From the NCBI GenBank assembly GCA_023205875.1, contig CP060755.1:1674001-1738000 (forward strand): a stretch of DNA of 64,000 bases, written 5' to 3'. Below the pieces are notes generated by a model. That model saw nothing but the letters and a program-made list of their open reading frames with translations, had not been told where the DNA came from and did no database searches. This stretch comes from Chloropicon primus. Its lineage: Eukaryota. Shown piece after piece: positions 30,422-41,234 of the stretch. A program made the translations under genes and the position numbers. Positions within the stretch are counted from its first letter, which is position 1; each line of letters opens with the position of its first letter.

Positions 30422-30479
30422 AGCATCATCGCTCATGGGCCCATAGATTACAGGGGGGGGTGTTTGTTGTCTTTTGTTG

Positions 30480-31439
30480 TTACAAGTACTGGTTTCCGCT
30501 GATGTTGATCCCGCTGTCTTTCAGGGCCTTGGCCAAGATATCCAGTTGCAAAGTGTCTTGGGGTCTGCCGTCTTTCCTGACGTTGCCGGCCTGCCCCTGG
30601 GCCTTCTTCGTCAACCTGGGCAAAGGAAACGAAAGAGAAACGTTCTTTCCTGTGAGCCACGAAACCGAAGCCATTCCCTCACGCGTGTCGAGCCGCATTT
30701 CACCCTCTTTTCTCTCCCCAAAGTGAAAAGTGTGGCGAGCTGAACGGCGCTCGAGAAGGGTGGCCGCCCCGAACCGAGAAAAACGCAAGGCAAACTCCAC
30801 TTACTCTAAGGCGTCCCCGAGAACCCTGCCCAGAAACTCCTCCGTCGAGGCTGCTATAATCTTCGCGCTGCGCCGAGTCCACACACGCAAGATCAGAAAC
30901 AGCACGCGCGGAGAGTCGTGGCGGTTGGGTTCACAACACGCGCAGAAAAAGAGAGCAGAGAGCGTTGTCGGTGTCAGTCGCTTCCTGCCCCAACCAAGGG
31001 GCGGGACAGAAAATGCAGTCGCACTTACACCTGCGGGTCCTTGATGGACAGGCCTTGCTTTTTGGCATAGTACTCCACCAGCTCCACGGGAACCTGATTC
31101 CGGGCGTAATTGTCGTCGCCACCAAGTGAAAAGACAGTCCCACGTTCGTCAGTTTCGTCCGGAACACTCCACCATCGCACACCAGAGTCCCGGCTCGTCC
31201 CGACTTTCGTTCGTTCGTTCGTGCGTGCGTGCGTGCGCGTCCCGTTCCCCTCGTTTCTCTGTGCTCTGTTGCTGGCCCCTCCTTCTCCTCGTCCCGTCCG
31301 TTCGCTCCGTCCCGTTCGCTCCGTCCTGTCCCGTCCCGTTCGTTCGTTCGTTCATTCTTACCGCTGGCGTGTGTTCCCTCACTGCCTCCCTGACCTCCCT
31401 CCCCTTCCTCACCCACTCCTCTGCCCCCTGCTCCGCCAT
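30480..31439 (-). CDS. TAF10: TFIID subunit TAF10-like (multi-exon)
   Basis: Spliced exons give VPVELVEYYAKKQGLSIKDPQV / AKIIAASTEEFLGRVLGDALE / ...TLQLDILAKALKDSGINI, the TAF10 histone-fold pattern. Confidence 0.72.
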
Positions 31440-31545
31440 TGACCTCCTCGCTCTGCTCCTCCCGCCAAACACAACCCAACCCAAACGTTGGCGGGAGCTG
31501 GCGACGAAGACGCGCTGAGGTGTGGGTTGTGGGTTGTGGGTCGTG

Positions 31546-32037
31546 ATGTCGGTGACGTTGCACACGAACCTGGGGGACGTGAAGGTGGAAGTGTATTGCG
31601 AGCTGGTGCCCAAGGCGGCGGAGAACTTTTTGGCGCTGTGCGCGAGTGGAAAGTATGACAAGACGTGTTTCCACAGGAACATCAAAGGGTTCATGATCCA
31701 GGGAGGGGACCCTACGGGGACGGGACGGGGGGGGAAGAGCATCTATCCCACCGCGAATGGCAAGTTCGAGGACGAAATCGTCGACAGCCTGAAGCACAAC
31801 GCGAGGGGGGTGCTGAGCATGGCCAACAGCGGGCCGAACACCAATGGGAGCCAGTTCTTCATCACCTACTCCAAGCAGAACCACTTGAACGGCAAGTACA
31901 CCATATTTGGCAAGGTCATCGATGGCTTCGAGGTGCTGGAAAGCATGGAGAAGGCGCCGACGGGGGCGGGGGACAAGCCAAAGACGCCGATCGTCCTGGG
32001 GAAAGTTACGATACACGCCAACCCCCTCGCGGGGTGA
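31546..32037 (+). CDS. Cyclophilin, PPIL3/CYP18-1 type
   Basis: MSVTLHTNLGDVK..., [19 protein letters not shown] and IHANPLA C-terminus. Confidence 0.92.
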   Translation: MSVTLHTNLGDVKVEVYCELVPKAAENFLALCASGKYDKTCFHRNIKGFMIQGGDPTGTGRGGKSIYPTANGKFEDEIVDSLKHNARGVLSMANSGPNTNGSQFFITYSKQNHLNGKYTIFGKVIDGFEVLESMEKAPTGAGDKPKTPIVLGKVTIHANPLAG

Positions 32038-32270
32038 TGGCCTGGGAGGAGGAGAAAGGAGGGAAGGAAGGGGAGGCGCGCGGTGTCTACCTTTATTATT
32101 TACAGAGTTTGTAACTTGTACTAACAAAGCAGATTTTTAGCTTTTTTTTCAGAAGCCTCTGCAAAAGAGAAGCTCCTTTGTGTTACTATTTTTTAGTTTT
32201 GTTTTCCATTGAGAAAAAGATCTAGTGTTACAAGCGGGTCTAAACCAAAAAAAAGTTTCGTGGGTCCCCC

Positions 32271-34676
32271 TCAGAAGGAAAAATTGCTAAGGCTCGGGGC
32301 AGGTTCCAACGGCTGAATGTCTTCCTTGTTCAGCAAGGGCTGGTCCTCCCCCGTGAGACCTCCAAGGCACTGCTGGGCGTGGCTCGAGTGCTCCGCCATG
32401 AACTCCAGAACTTGGAGCCGGTGCGAAAGGGCCAGCCTCGTCTCCAGAGCCTGGCCCTGGCCCCGAGCAGGAGCCTCCTGCTGCGCGCCCTGGTCCCTTT
32501 CGACCTCCATGGGCTCGACAATCTTGACGCCCCAGACGTCGTCCACGCTGTGCACGGGAAGGGCGTTGGCGTTCGACTTGTTGGCCTTGTTCCTCGAGCT
32601 GAGCTCCTCCAGCGGGGTCAGGAGGCCCCAAGCGTTGTGGATGTTCGAGAGAACGTCAGACCTCTCCACCCCGGAGACTTTGTTGCTCCCTGGGCAGTGC
32701 GCGAAGAACTCGGGGTGGCAGGACATCAGGTCCAGGGCCTCCTCGTCGAACACCCTGAGCTCCTCCCTGCCGCCCTGGGTGGGGCCCTTCTTGACGTTCC
32801 CGCTCTTGAAGGCTTTGGAGTTCACGTGCTTCGAGCTCACGGGGAGCCACTTGACATCCTCCTTGCTCAGGTTGAGCCAAACTTGCTGCTCGGCCATCTT
32901 CTCCTCGTACTGGACCAGGTAGTGGCCCGAGGTGGGCTCAAAGTTCATGATCCGCCCCTGGTAGAACCTCTCTCTCTCGGGCCAGTAGACCGCGACCCTC
33001 CAGCCGAGGGCGTCCATCCCCTGGGGGAGGTACGAGGGCCTGGTCACCGCCGACGAATCGTGGAGCTGCCAGTTGTTCCTCTTCAGGTCCGACCACTCGT
33101 GCTTCGAGTCCACGAAAAGAATCAGGTACTTTTGCCTCGAGGGCGAGAAGGCCACGACCTTGCCGACGAGCTTCTCGTGGCCCCTGTGGATCCTGACGTG
33201 CTTGCCCACCAGGTCCCTCGTGTCCTTCAAGGGCAAGAGCTTCTGGTTGGTCGCCAGGCTCTGGGAGGCTGGCTTCTTGAGAGCCTCCGGGATGGTCTTG
33301 TTCAGCCACTTTGTCCTCTGCTGGTCGAGAACGACCGAGTCGACCTGGCCATTGTCGAACTTGAGCTTGTGCTCGCCGCTGCCCTGGTTGAACCCTATCA
33401 CCACGCCCTTGAAGTACTTGTGCTCCTCCGGGGACCACACCCTCAGGCGCCAGCCCACCGCGTCCTTGCCCTGGGGCTTGTCGTGGGCCTCCGCCTTCTG
33501 CGCCGCCTCCGCCGCCGCGAGGGCCTTTGCCGCCGCCTCCGCCTTCCTCGCCGCTATCTCCTTCGCTTTCATGGCCTTGGCCTTGGCCAGCTCCGCCTTC
33601 TCCACCACGGCCATGTCCTTCTTGTTCGCCTCTCCGACCTCCACCAGCTCCACGGGCAGCTGCAGGGGGGGCGCCAGGCCGACCTGATTGGCCACCGCCT
33701 CCTCAAGGTCGTGGTCCGGCGTCTTCGGGCACTGCACGTTCCTCATGCTGTCATTGCTGTCGTTGTCGCTGCTGTTTCCCGAGACGCACGTGCTGCTGTC
33801 CAACTCCATGGAGCTCGTCGTCACGGTCTCGTTATGGCTGGTCTCCCCCTGGCGACCAGGCTTCGAGGACCTGGCCCTCTTCGTTGTGGGCTGCTTGCCC
33901 CCCGGACCGACGTGCTGCACGGTGTACTCGGAGTGCACGCTCGAGTCGTTGTTGTTGTTCTGGCAGTCCGCCGCCACCCTCTTGCCCCTCGGGAGGGTCC
34001 TCGCCCCGTGACCCGGGGACCCCCCCTTCTTGTTGCCGCTGCCCTGCTTCACCTTCTGCTTCTTCTTCTGCATCTTCATCGCCCTGTCCTTGGCCTTCTG
34101 GGCCTCTATGTGAGGGTACTTGACGGCCTCGTTCCTCAGCAGCACCAGCTGCTGCTCCCCGTCCTGGTAGGCGATCAGGTGCTTCCCGCTGGGTTTGTCG
34201 TACTCCTTGACCTTCCCCACGTACCACCTCCCCATAGCCGGCCAGTACACCTTGACCTTCCTGCCCACGGCGTCCTTCCCCTTGGGCGACCCGTGGTAGC
34301 TCGAGTTTGGGGCCGCCCCGGGCTTGGGCTGGGTCAGGAACTGGAACTTCTCCCTCGCCAGGTCGACCTCCTGCTGGTCCCCGTCCTCGTACTTGACAAA
34401 GTGCTTCTTGGTCTTGTCCGTGTAGCTATATATCTTGCCCTTGAACCACTGCCCGGGCTTGCGCCAGTACACGGCCACCTTCCTCCCCACGACCTCCGGG
34501 CCGAAGATGCTCCCCTCCTCGTCCCCCGCCTGCCTCTTCCGCACCGAGTCGCTCGGGGAAGGCTTCTTCTTGCTGCTCAGGAGCTCGTGGACCACGGACT
34601 TGTTCCTGTCCCGCGTCTTCATCCCGTGCGACAGGGGGGCGTCCACTGTCGTCGCCGCTTGGTGGTGCTGGACCAT
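32271..34676 (-). CDS. Multi-Tudor-like domain protein (five repeats)
   Basis: Five copies of vG.rv.vyW.....y.G.v..y....g.h.v.y.dg. Confidence 0.8.
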   Translation of the reverse strand: MVQHHQAATTVDAPLSHGMKTRDRNKSVVHELLSSKKKPSPSDSVRKRQAGDEEGSIFGPEVVGRKVAVYWRKPGQWFKGKIYSYTDKTKKHFVKYEDGDQQEVDLAREKFQFLTQPKPGAAPNSSYHGSPKGKDAVGRKVKVYWPAMGRWYVGKVKEYDKPSGKHLIAYQDGEQQLVLLRNEAVKYPHIEAQKAKDRAMKMQKKKQKVKQGSGNKKGGSPGHGARTLPRGKRVAADCQNNNNDSSVHSEYTVQHVGPGGKQPTTKRARSSKPGRQGETSHNETVTTSSMELDSSTCVSGNSSDNDSNDSMRNVQCPKTPDHDLEEAVANQVGLAPPLQLPVELVEVGEANKKDMAVVEKAELAKAKAMKAKEIAARKAEAAAKALAAAEAAQKAEAHDKPQGKDAVGWRLRVWSPEEHKYFKGVVIGFNQGSGEHKLKFDNGQVDSVVLDQQRTKWLNKTIPEALKKPASQSLATNQKLLPLKDTRDLVGKHVRIHRGHEKLVGKVVAFSPSRQKYLILFVDSKHEWSDLKRNNWQLHDSSAVTRPSYLPQGMDALGWRVAVYWPERERFYQGRIMNFEPTSGHYLVQYEEKMAEQQVWLNLSKEDVKWLPVSSKHVNSKAFKSGNVKKGPTQGGREELRVFDEEALDLMSCHPEFFAHCPGSNKVSGVERSDVLSNIHNAWGLLTPLEELSSRNKANKSNANALPVHSVDDVWGVKIVEPMEVERDQGAQQEAPARGQGQALETRLALSHRLQVLEFMAEHSSHAQQCLGGLTGEDQPLLNKEDIQPLEPAPSLSNFSF

Positions 34677-35497
34677 GTTGTTCTGTTTTCGCTACGTGTC
34701 AAGTCCTCGGAGGCCTCTGCGCCGCGAGCGCGAAACCCGGCGTTCAGGCGAGCCGCGGCCGCGCGGCCACGGCCTCGGGAAAGCTCAGGGGGGAGCCCTC
34801 GCGCGCTGCCCGGTCCCCCACGTCGACGACGCGACGACGACGACGGAGAGGTCCTCTCCCCCTTAAGAGGTCCTCTTTAAGGTCGGGTCGCAAAAAAAAA
34901 AAAAAAACCCAAAGCCCTTGTCGTTGTATTCTGTATGTCTGTGTGTCTCCGGCCTGTGTTCCTCTCCGTCCGTGTCCCTGTCGTTGGAGTCGCGGAGGAG
35001 GAGGAGAAGGACGAGAGCGACCGACGGACCGACCGACGTGTTTTGCGCGCGCCCTCGTCTTCGTCTTCGTCTTCGGGTGGGTTCTGGTCTCTTCTCTTCT
35101 CTTCGTTTTCTATTCGGTTCTGAGAAGGAGTTGCTCGGGGGAGGAAATAAAGGGATTTCTACTCTCCACCAAGACCCAAGAGGCAGGAGAACCTTCCGCG
35201 TACATTTCGCACCTCGCACCTCCATGACGAGACGAGACGAAATTTAGAAATTTAGGACACGGAGCGAGGGAGAGAATTCGAAGGAAGATATTTCCGATAA
35301 CAGGCCGAGGAGGAGGCCTGGGGCCGGCCGGCCTTCTCCCATCAGCACGAGAACGAGCACCTCATCCCAAAAACCAAATGGCACATTAAAAAAAATATTT
35401 CACAAAAGCAAACTCCCCACCCACACCCACACCCACACCCGCACAATACCCCCAATGCATGCATGGATCCATCCTCCCCTCTCCTTCCCTCTCTCGT

Positions 35498-37089
35498 TCA
35501 CTCGTCCTCCTCCTCCACCGGCGCGAGCATCTCCCCCGCGGACATGGTCCTGAGCTGCATCTCGGCCTTGGTCCTGAGCTCCTCGTCGGACAGGGAGTTC
35601 CTCCACTTCCTGTACCTCACGGCGAGCTTGTCGTAAGGCACGGGGTTGGCCCAGGTGTCCCCGCCCCGCTTGAGGCGGTCCTCCTGGCCCTGGACGAGCA
35701 CGAGGTCCTCCCCGAGGACCTGGGCGGCCATGGTCTCCCAGAGCTTCTTGGCCAGGGGGACGTAGAGCATGAAGCCCATGAAGTCCAGGGACATGCGGTA
35801 CAGGAGCCTGGTGCCCTGGCCGGCAGGGACGCACACGTGGAGCTGGTGCAGGTGGTTCTCGCAGGCCGCGGCCCGGGCTCCCTCCTCGAGCTTCCCGGGC
35901 TCCGCCAGCCCGATGGTGGAGAGGACCATGCAGGGCGGCTCGAACGACATGTCGATCGGGTAAGGCTCCCAGTTCCCCCCCAGGAGCTTCTGGGTGTTGA
36001 ACTTGACGAGGTCGGGGATGGACCACCCCTTGGCGAAGGTCGCCGTGTGCGTGAAGGGGGCGTGGGCCAGGTCGAGCAGGTTCTCCAGCAGGAGGCCGTG
36101 CTCCACGGGCACGTCGATCACGAGCTCGGCGTGAATGATGAAGGGGCTCTCCTCGCGGAAGGCCGGGGGTGGCTTGGTCAACCCCGGGAGCTGGTCCGCC
36201 GCCGTCTCGGCGGGCTCCTTGTCGCTCAGCCAGCACCACACCATCCCGTCCCTCTCGAGGGCGGGGAAGGCCCGGCCGTCCTCCTCGCCGCCCACCTGGC
36301 GGAGCTCCAGCCCGCTGGCGGAGCTCGGCGACCTCGACAGGGAGACGCTCACGTCGAAGGCGTCGAACTCGATCGCCTCCCCGCCACGCTCGTCGAGGTT
36401 CTTGGAGAACTCAAGCGGGTACCAGTAGTCCTTGAGCTCCTTGGGCCACCTGAGGTCGGACCTCAGGGCCGAGGTCTTCTTGGTGGACTCCATGTCCACG
36501 GCCTCCGGGATGAAGTTGGCCGTCGACGAGGCCCCCTCGCCCCCGGACCTCTCCGCCATCTCCAGGGACGCCTCCAACGCCTTGCTCCTCTCGTCCACCT
36601 CCCTGAGCTTCCGCAGCTCCTCCTCGATCCTCTGCTCCTGGACGTGGGCCTGCAGGTGCGCCTCGTGGATCTGCTCCTGGAGCAGGCTCATCTCTGCCTG
36701 CAGGTCCTCGATGCTCCGCCCGAGGACGGGGTGCTTGGACGCCGACGAGGACGAGGAGGATTCCTGTGTGTTTGGATCGTGTTGCGCGCGAATGATGATG
36801 ATCATGTTGATAATGGTGAAGAAGATCACGAGAGAGAACACAGGGTGTCAGAGTCAGCCCGCTCGCCCGCTTCGACGAAAAAACACGCGCACTCGCTCAC
36901 CTTGCCGGTCCTGCCGTACGCCCCCTCCCCCCTGGCCTCCCCGAGCGCCCGCAGGGGTTGAGGCTGTTGTTGGCGAGCCCTCCTCGGGTGAGGTGTCCTC
37001 GGTCTGCCCACCACCGTCGTCGCGCACCTCGCGCCGCTCGCCGTCCCGCCGTGCCCTAGCCCCGCTCCCGACACGACCCTCCCCCTCAT
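35498..37089 (-). CDS. CAO: Chlorophyllide a oxygenase-like subunit lacking the Rieske cluster motif; one 5' intron
   Basis: LLENLLDLAHAPFTHTATFAKGW, PYPIDMSFEPPCMVLSTIGL, HLHQLHVC and WANPVPYDKL; no CxH...CxxH. Confidence 0.85.
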
Positions 37090-37462
37090 GCTTCCCAACA
37101 ATACCCACACCACCAAAGACCGAGGCCGATCGTAACTCGTATCGTCGCAAAGAGGGAACCTAACCCCTCTCCATTCCCCAGTCCAGTATTGTCGTTATCG
37201 TTGTCGTGTTGTGTGTTGTTCCTCGTGTGTGTGTGTGTGTGTTGTTCCTCGTTGTTGTCCTCGGGTCGCGGCGCGGCTGGTCCCTCCCCCCTTTCCCTCT
37301 CCTCCTCCTGGGCTCCGGATCTGCACCAATGAGAATCTCGCTTTCTTCTCGATAAGAAGAAGATCTTGGTGAACTCTCCTGCCGAAAGAAAAAAGACAGA
37401 GAAACACAAAGGCGCCAAAATATCTTTCGCTCGAACAGGGCTGCCCGGACGACGTGGTGAAC

Positions 37463-37519
37463 CGGAGGAAGGGACACGGAGGAAGGGACACGGAGGAAGG
37501 GACACGGAGGAAGGGACAC
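37463..37519. repeat. 14-bp tandem repeat (CGGAGGAAGGGACA x~4)
   Basis: Visible tandem copies in a 5' region. Confidence 0.8.
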
Positions 37520-37533
37520 TTCGGGGTCGAACG

Positions 37534-38613
37534 ATGAGGAACTTGAGGAGGAACTTGGGGAGGAACTTGGGGAGGACAGGAAGGAGACGAACAAGGGAGC
37601 ACTGCTGCTGCAGGAGGGCGGTGCAGGAGGAGGTCTGCGTCTTCCCGGCCTCCTGGTCCTTGGACCCGAAAGGATCCCAAAGCCGGAGTCCGACGCACGC
37701 CGTCACGGTGTCGACGGCGGACTTCCGGGGCGCGGAGCTGACCGAGCCTGACGCGGGGATCTGGATCGCTCTGTTCGACGCGGACCGCAAGTGCTGCCTG
37801 GCGAACGTGCGCCTGCCGGGCCTCCGGTTCGACCGGGGCGCGAGCGAGACCTTCTGGGTGTCGTGCCCCGAGCTCGGGAGGACGGTGGAGAGGGTCTGGA
37901 TCGGGCCGGCGGGGGGGTCCTGGCAGCCGGAGGGGATCGCGGTCCAGCGGTGGACGGAGAGGGGCCCCGGGCTGTCCTTCAGCTTCAGGAACGCCTCCGT
38001 GCTCGGGGAGAGGCAGGAGGCGAGCGCGGCGGAGCTCGTGGCCTTTGACGCGGCCGCGGACCGGGGCAGGAGGGAGGCCGCGGCGGTGCGGGACCGGGCG
38101 AACTTCGAAGAGGCGAGGAGGTACATGCTTGGCGCCGACGCCGCCCTGGTGGGCCTAGGCACCGCCCTGCTCTACCTCTCCTCCGGCCGGGTCGACGCCC
38201 TGAACTTTGGGGCCGGGGGCGCGGTGGGGTTCGTCTACCTCTCTCTCCTCTCCAAGTCCGTGGCGTCGATGGGCGCGAGCGAGGGAGAGGGGGGGGGCAC
38301 GGAGGAGGAGGAGGAGGAGGACGGGGGGAGCGGGGCCGGTCCACTGAAACTCCTCCCCACCTTCTCCCCGGAGAAGGTCCTGTCCCTCCCCGGGACCCGG
38401 CTGCTCCTGGCCTCCGGCCTCGTGTTCCTGATCGTCCGGCGGCAGCTCGGGGACCTGCACTGGGGGACCGGGCCGCTGGGGAGTCGGGAGGTTCTCCTCA
38501 CCATCCTCGAGACGGTGGGGGGCCTGCTGATGTACAAGGTCGCGGTCCTGGGGGTGAGCGCCGTCAACCCGCAAGCCAAGGACGGGGAGGACGCGGAGGG
38601 GAGGCGGTCTTGA
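37534..38613 (+). CDS. Hypothetical plastid membrane protein with PLAT-like beta domain and C-terminal TM helices
   Basis: VTVST..., RFDRGASETF...PELG...VWIGP.GGSW; several hydrophobic segments. Confidence 0.6.
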   Translation: MRNLRRNLGRNLGRTGRRRTREHCCCRRAVQEEVCVFPASWSLDPKGSQSRSPTHAVTVSTADFRGAELTEPDAGIWIALFDADRKCCLANVRLPGLRFDRGASETFWVSCPELGRTVERVWIGPAGGSWQPEGIAVQRWTERGPGLSFSFRNASVLGERQEASAAELVAFDAAADRGRREAAAVRDRANFEEARRYMLGADAALVGLGTALLYLSSGRVDALNFGAGGAVGFVYLSLLSKSVASMGASEGEGGGTEEEEEEDGGSGAGPLKLLPTFSPEKVLSLPGTRLLLASGLVFLIVRRQLGDLHWGTGPLGSREVLLTILETVGGLLMYKVAVLGVSAVNPQAKDGEDAEGRRS

Positions 38614-38797
38614 AAAGCGAACGACTAAGGTCTTCTTCAAAAATGACGTACGTGTGTAAGTGTTAGTCGTCGTCGTTTCTTTTGTGCTTGTTGTTTTTCT
38701 TCCTCCTCGCTCGCTTGTCGTTCGTTCGTTCGTGAGGGAGTGATGCCAAAACCCGAGACCCGTGCCACCACCAGCATCGTGTTCAGGACGACCGTTT

Positions 38798-39319
38798 CTT
38801 AGGCCGTGCCTGCCCAGCGATTGAGTTGATGATATTCGCGACGACGCGTCGTGCGTTTTTGGTGGAGGGTAAGGAAAAAACAGACAGTCAGCAAACATAC
38901 GACGACGGCGACGACGACGCGGAGGAGGAGATCCATCTCCGTGTGGCGATCGACGGGCCTCTCTCTCCGTCACAAAAAAACACACAAAATCGCGGCACGA
39001 CCACGTCCAAGTCGTGCTTGCTCACACAAATCTTCACCCTGTCATCATCTTCTCATCTCGCCCACTCACCACACATGCAGTTGGCTCCGCACTGGCAGTC
39101 GACGCCGCAGGGGCAGTCCTTGTTGAGGCACTTGGACTTCCCGAGGCTGGTGACCTGCTGGGCGGCGGCCACACTCGCGGATCGGCAGCAGGCACGCGCG
39201 ACAGTGGTCGCCTCCTTCTTCGTGGTCGCGACCTTGCTCCCGCAGCACCCTCCCTGGTTCGCGCGTGGCCCGGCTCCCACCACCGCCACGTTCTTGTTCC
39301 CTGCAACGCTCCTGTTCAT
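38798..39319 (-). CDS. Small Cys-rich metallothionein-like protein (possible short last exon)
   Basis: GGCCG, ACCR and KCLNKDCPCGVDCQCGANCMC followed by a GTGAGT donor. Confidence 0.55.
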
Positions 39320-39866
39320 CCTGAAAATGAAAAAAATGTACGCACGCCACGCACGTCTGTCTCAACCACTCCCCCCCTGGATCAAGGTGTACGTGTACCC
39401 AAGCAAAGTTGTCTTTGTGTTTGTCTCTCCGCTCCGGGTCCGGGTTCCTCTGCTCGGTTCGTCGTCGCTCGTGGCTCGTCGCTCTGGATTTCCCGATAAG
39501 GCGAAATTGGATTTTATTTTTTGTGTAGATTTCCCTTGTTGTTTGTGGGATCTTATCCATTTCCTTCCTCGAGGCCTCCAGGAGCCCAGGGGATCTTTTC
39601 AAGTCCTGATTGGCTCCAGCCCATTTGGGGTGTGTCTGTCCCAACACCAACACCAACACCAACACCAACACCAACACCAACACCAACACGACGACAGAGG
39701 GGAACGCTACGCTGCTTCCTGCCAGTCTGACGTGAAAGGAATTCGGACGGATTGCTGCTCCAGGAAGAAGGCGACCTCCCATTCCCATTCGCATTCCCGT
39801 TCGCGTTCTCCTATTCCTATTCATTCTTCATTCATTCATTCATTCATTCTAGACTAGGCTGACTCT

Positions 39867-41069
39867 ATGAACACGACGACGAGGACGATGAACACGAGCA
39901 AGTGCTGCGGCGGCGGGCCCAGAAGTCTCGTCGTCCGCCAGCAGGTCTCGTCCGCCAGCAGGTGCGCGAGCCACCACCTGAGGACGAGGGCGACCGCGGT
40001 GGAGGTGAGCGGGAAGGCCCAGGGAACCGCGACCGAGGAGCCCCTTCTCCTTCGGGCGGTTAGGGGGGAGGAGGTGTCCAGGCCCCCGGTGTGGATGATG
40101 AGGCAGGCCGGGAGGTACATGAAGTCGTACCAGGAGCTCTGCAAGAAGTACCCGAGCTTCAGGGAGAGGAGCGAGATCCCGGAGCTCAGCATCGAGATCT
40201 CCCTGCAGCCCTGGAAGGTGTACAAGCCGGACGGCGTCATCCTTTTCTCCGACATTCTCACGCCCCTGGAGGGGATGAACATCCCGTTCGACTTCCTCCA
40301 GGGCAAGGGCCCCGTGATCGAGGACCCGATCAGGACGATGGAGCAGGTGGAGAGGGTGTGCAAGCTCGACCCGGCCTCCGCGGTGCCGTTCGTGGGCCAG
40401 ACCCTCGAGGCCCTGAAGAAGGAGATCGGGAACGAGAGCACCCTGCTCGGGTTCTGCGGGGCGCCGTACACCCTCGCGTCCTACATCATCGAGGGTGGGT
40501 CCAGCAAGAACTACACCAACATCAAGAAGATGGCCTTCACCCAGCCGGAGGTCCTCCACGCCCTCTGCGGCAAGCTCGCCGAGGGGATGGTCGACTACCT
40601 GTCGTACCAGGCGGAGTCCGGGGCGCAGTGCGTCCAGATCTTCGACTCGTGGGCGAGCCACCTCTCCCCCTGCGACTTTGAGGTCTTCTCCCTGCCCTAC
40701 ATCAAGCAGATCGTGAGCGGGGTCAAGGCCAAGCACCCGGACCTGCCCATCATCCTCTACATCAGCGGCGGCGCCGGCATCCTGGAGAGGATGGCGGACA
40801 CAGGGGTGGACATCGTGTCCCTGGACACGTCCCTGGACATCACGGACGCCAGGAAGAGGATCAACGACAAGACTGGGATCCAGGGGAACATCGACCCCGC
40901 CCTCATTCTCGCGGGAAACAAGGAGGCGATCACCAAGAGGGTCCACCAAACCATCGAGCAGGGAAGGGGAACGAAGCACATCGTGAACCTTGGCCACGGA
41001 GTCCTTCCGGGAACCAGCGAGGAGAACGTGGGCTACTTCTTCGACACCGTCAAGGAGTTCAGCTGGTGA
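39867..41069 (+). CDS. hemE: Uroporphyrinogen decarboxylase, plastid
   Basis: [30 protein letters not shown] and NLGHGV. Confidence 0.97.
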   Translation: MNTTTRTMNTSKCCGGGPRSLVVRQQVSSASRCASHHLRTRATAVEVSGKAQGTATEEPLLLRAVRGEEVSRPPVWMMRQAGRYMKSYQELCKKYPSFRERSEIPELSIEISLQPWKVYKPDGVILFSDILTPLEGMNIPFDFLQGKGPVIEDPIRTMEQVERVCKLDPASAVPFVGQTLEALKKEIGNESTLLGFCGAPYTLASYIIEGGSSKNYTNIKKMAFTQPEVLHALCGKLAEGMVDYLSYQAESGAQCVQIFDSWASHLSPCDFEVFSLPYIKQIVSGVKAKHPDLPIILYISGGAGILERMADTGVDIVSLDTSLDITDARKRINDKTGIQGNIDPALILAGNKEAITKRVHQTIEQGRGTKHIVNLGHGVLPGTSEENVGYFFDTVKEFSW

Positions 41070-41234
41070 AGGGAGCCTCTCCACCCACCCCTAAAAAGAT
41101 AGGAAAGAAAAAAAGAACTCGTTTGTATTATAGGGTTTTTCCGCAAACAAGCTTATAGACTATCGTATATATAACTACTCTTACAACAGCGCGCGCGCAC
41201 TCGACCCGCTCGGTTCGTGCTCTCCCCCTCCCCC

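Noticed and set aside
32379..34880. Long antisense or alternative-frame ORFs (also 1142-2650, 5513-7192, 8710-10425, 24520-26229, 43735-45759, 59194-61449)
   Set aside because: Expected shadow ORFs from high GC3 codon bias opposite clear genes
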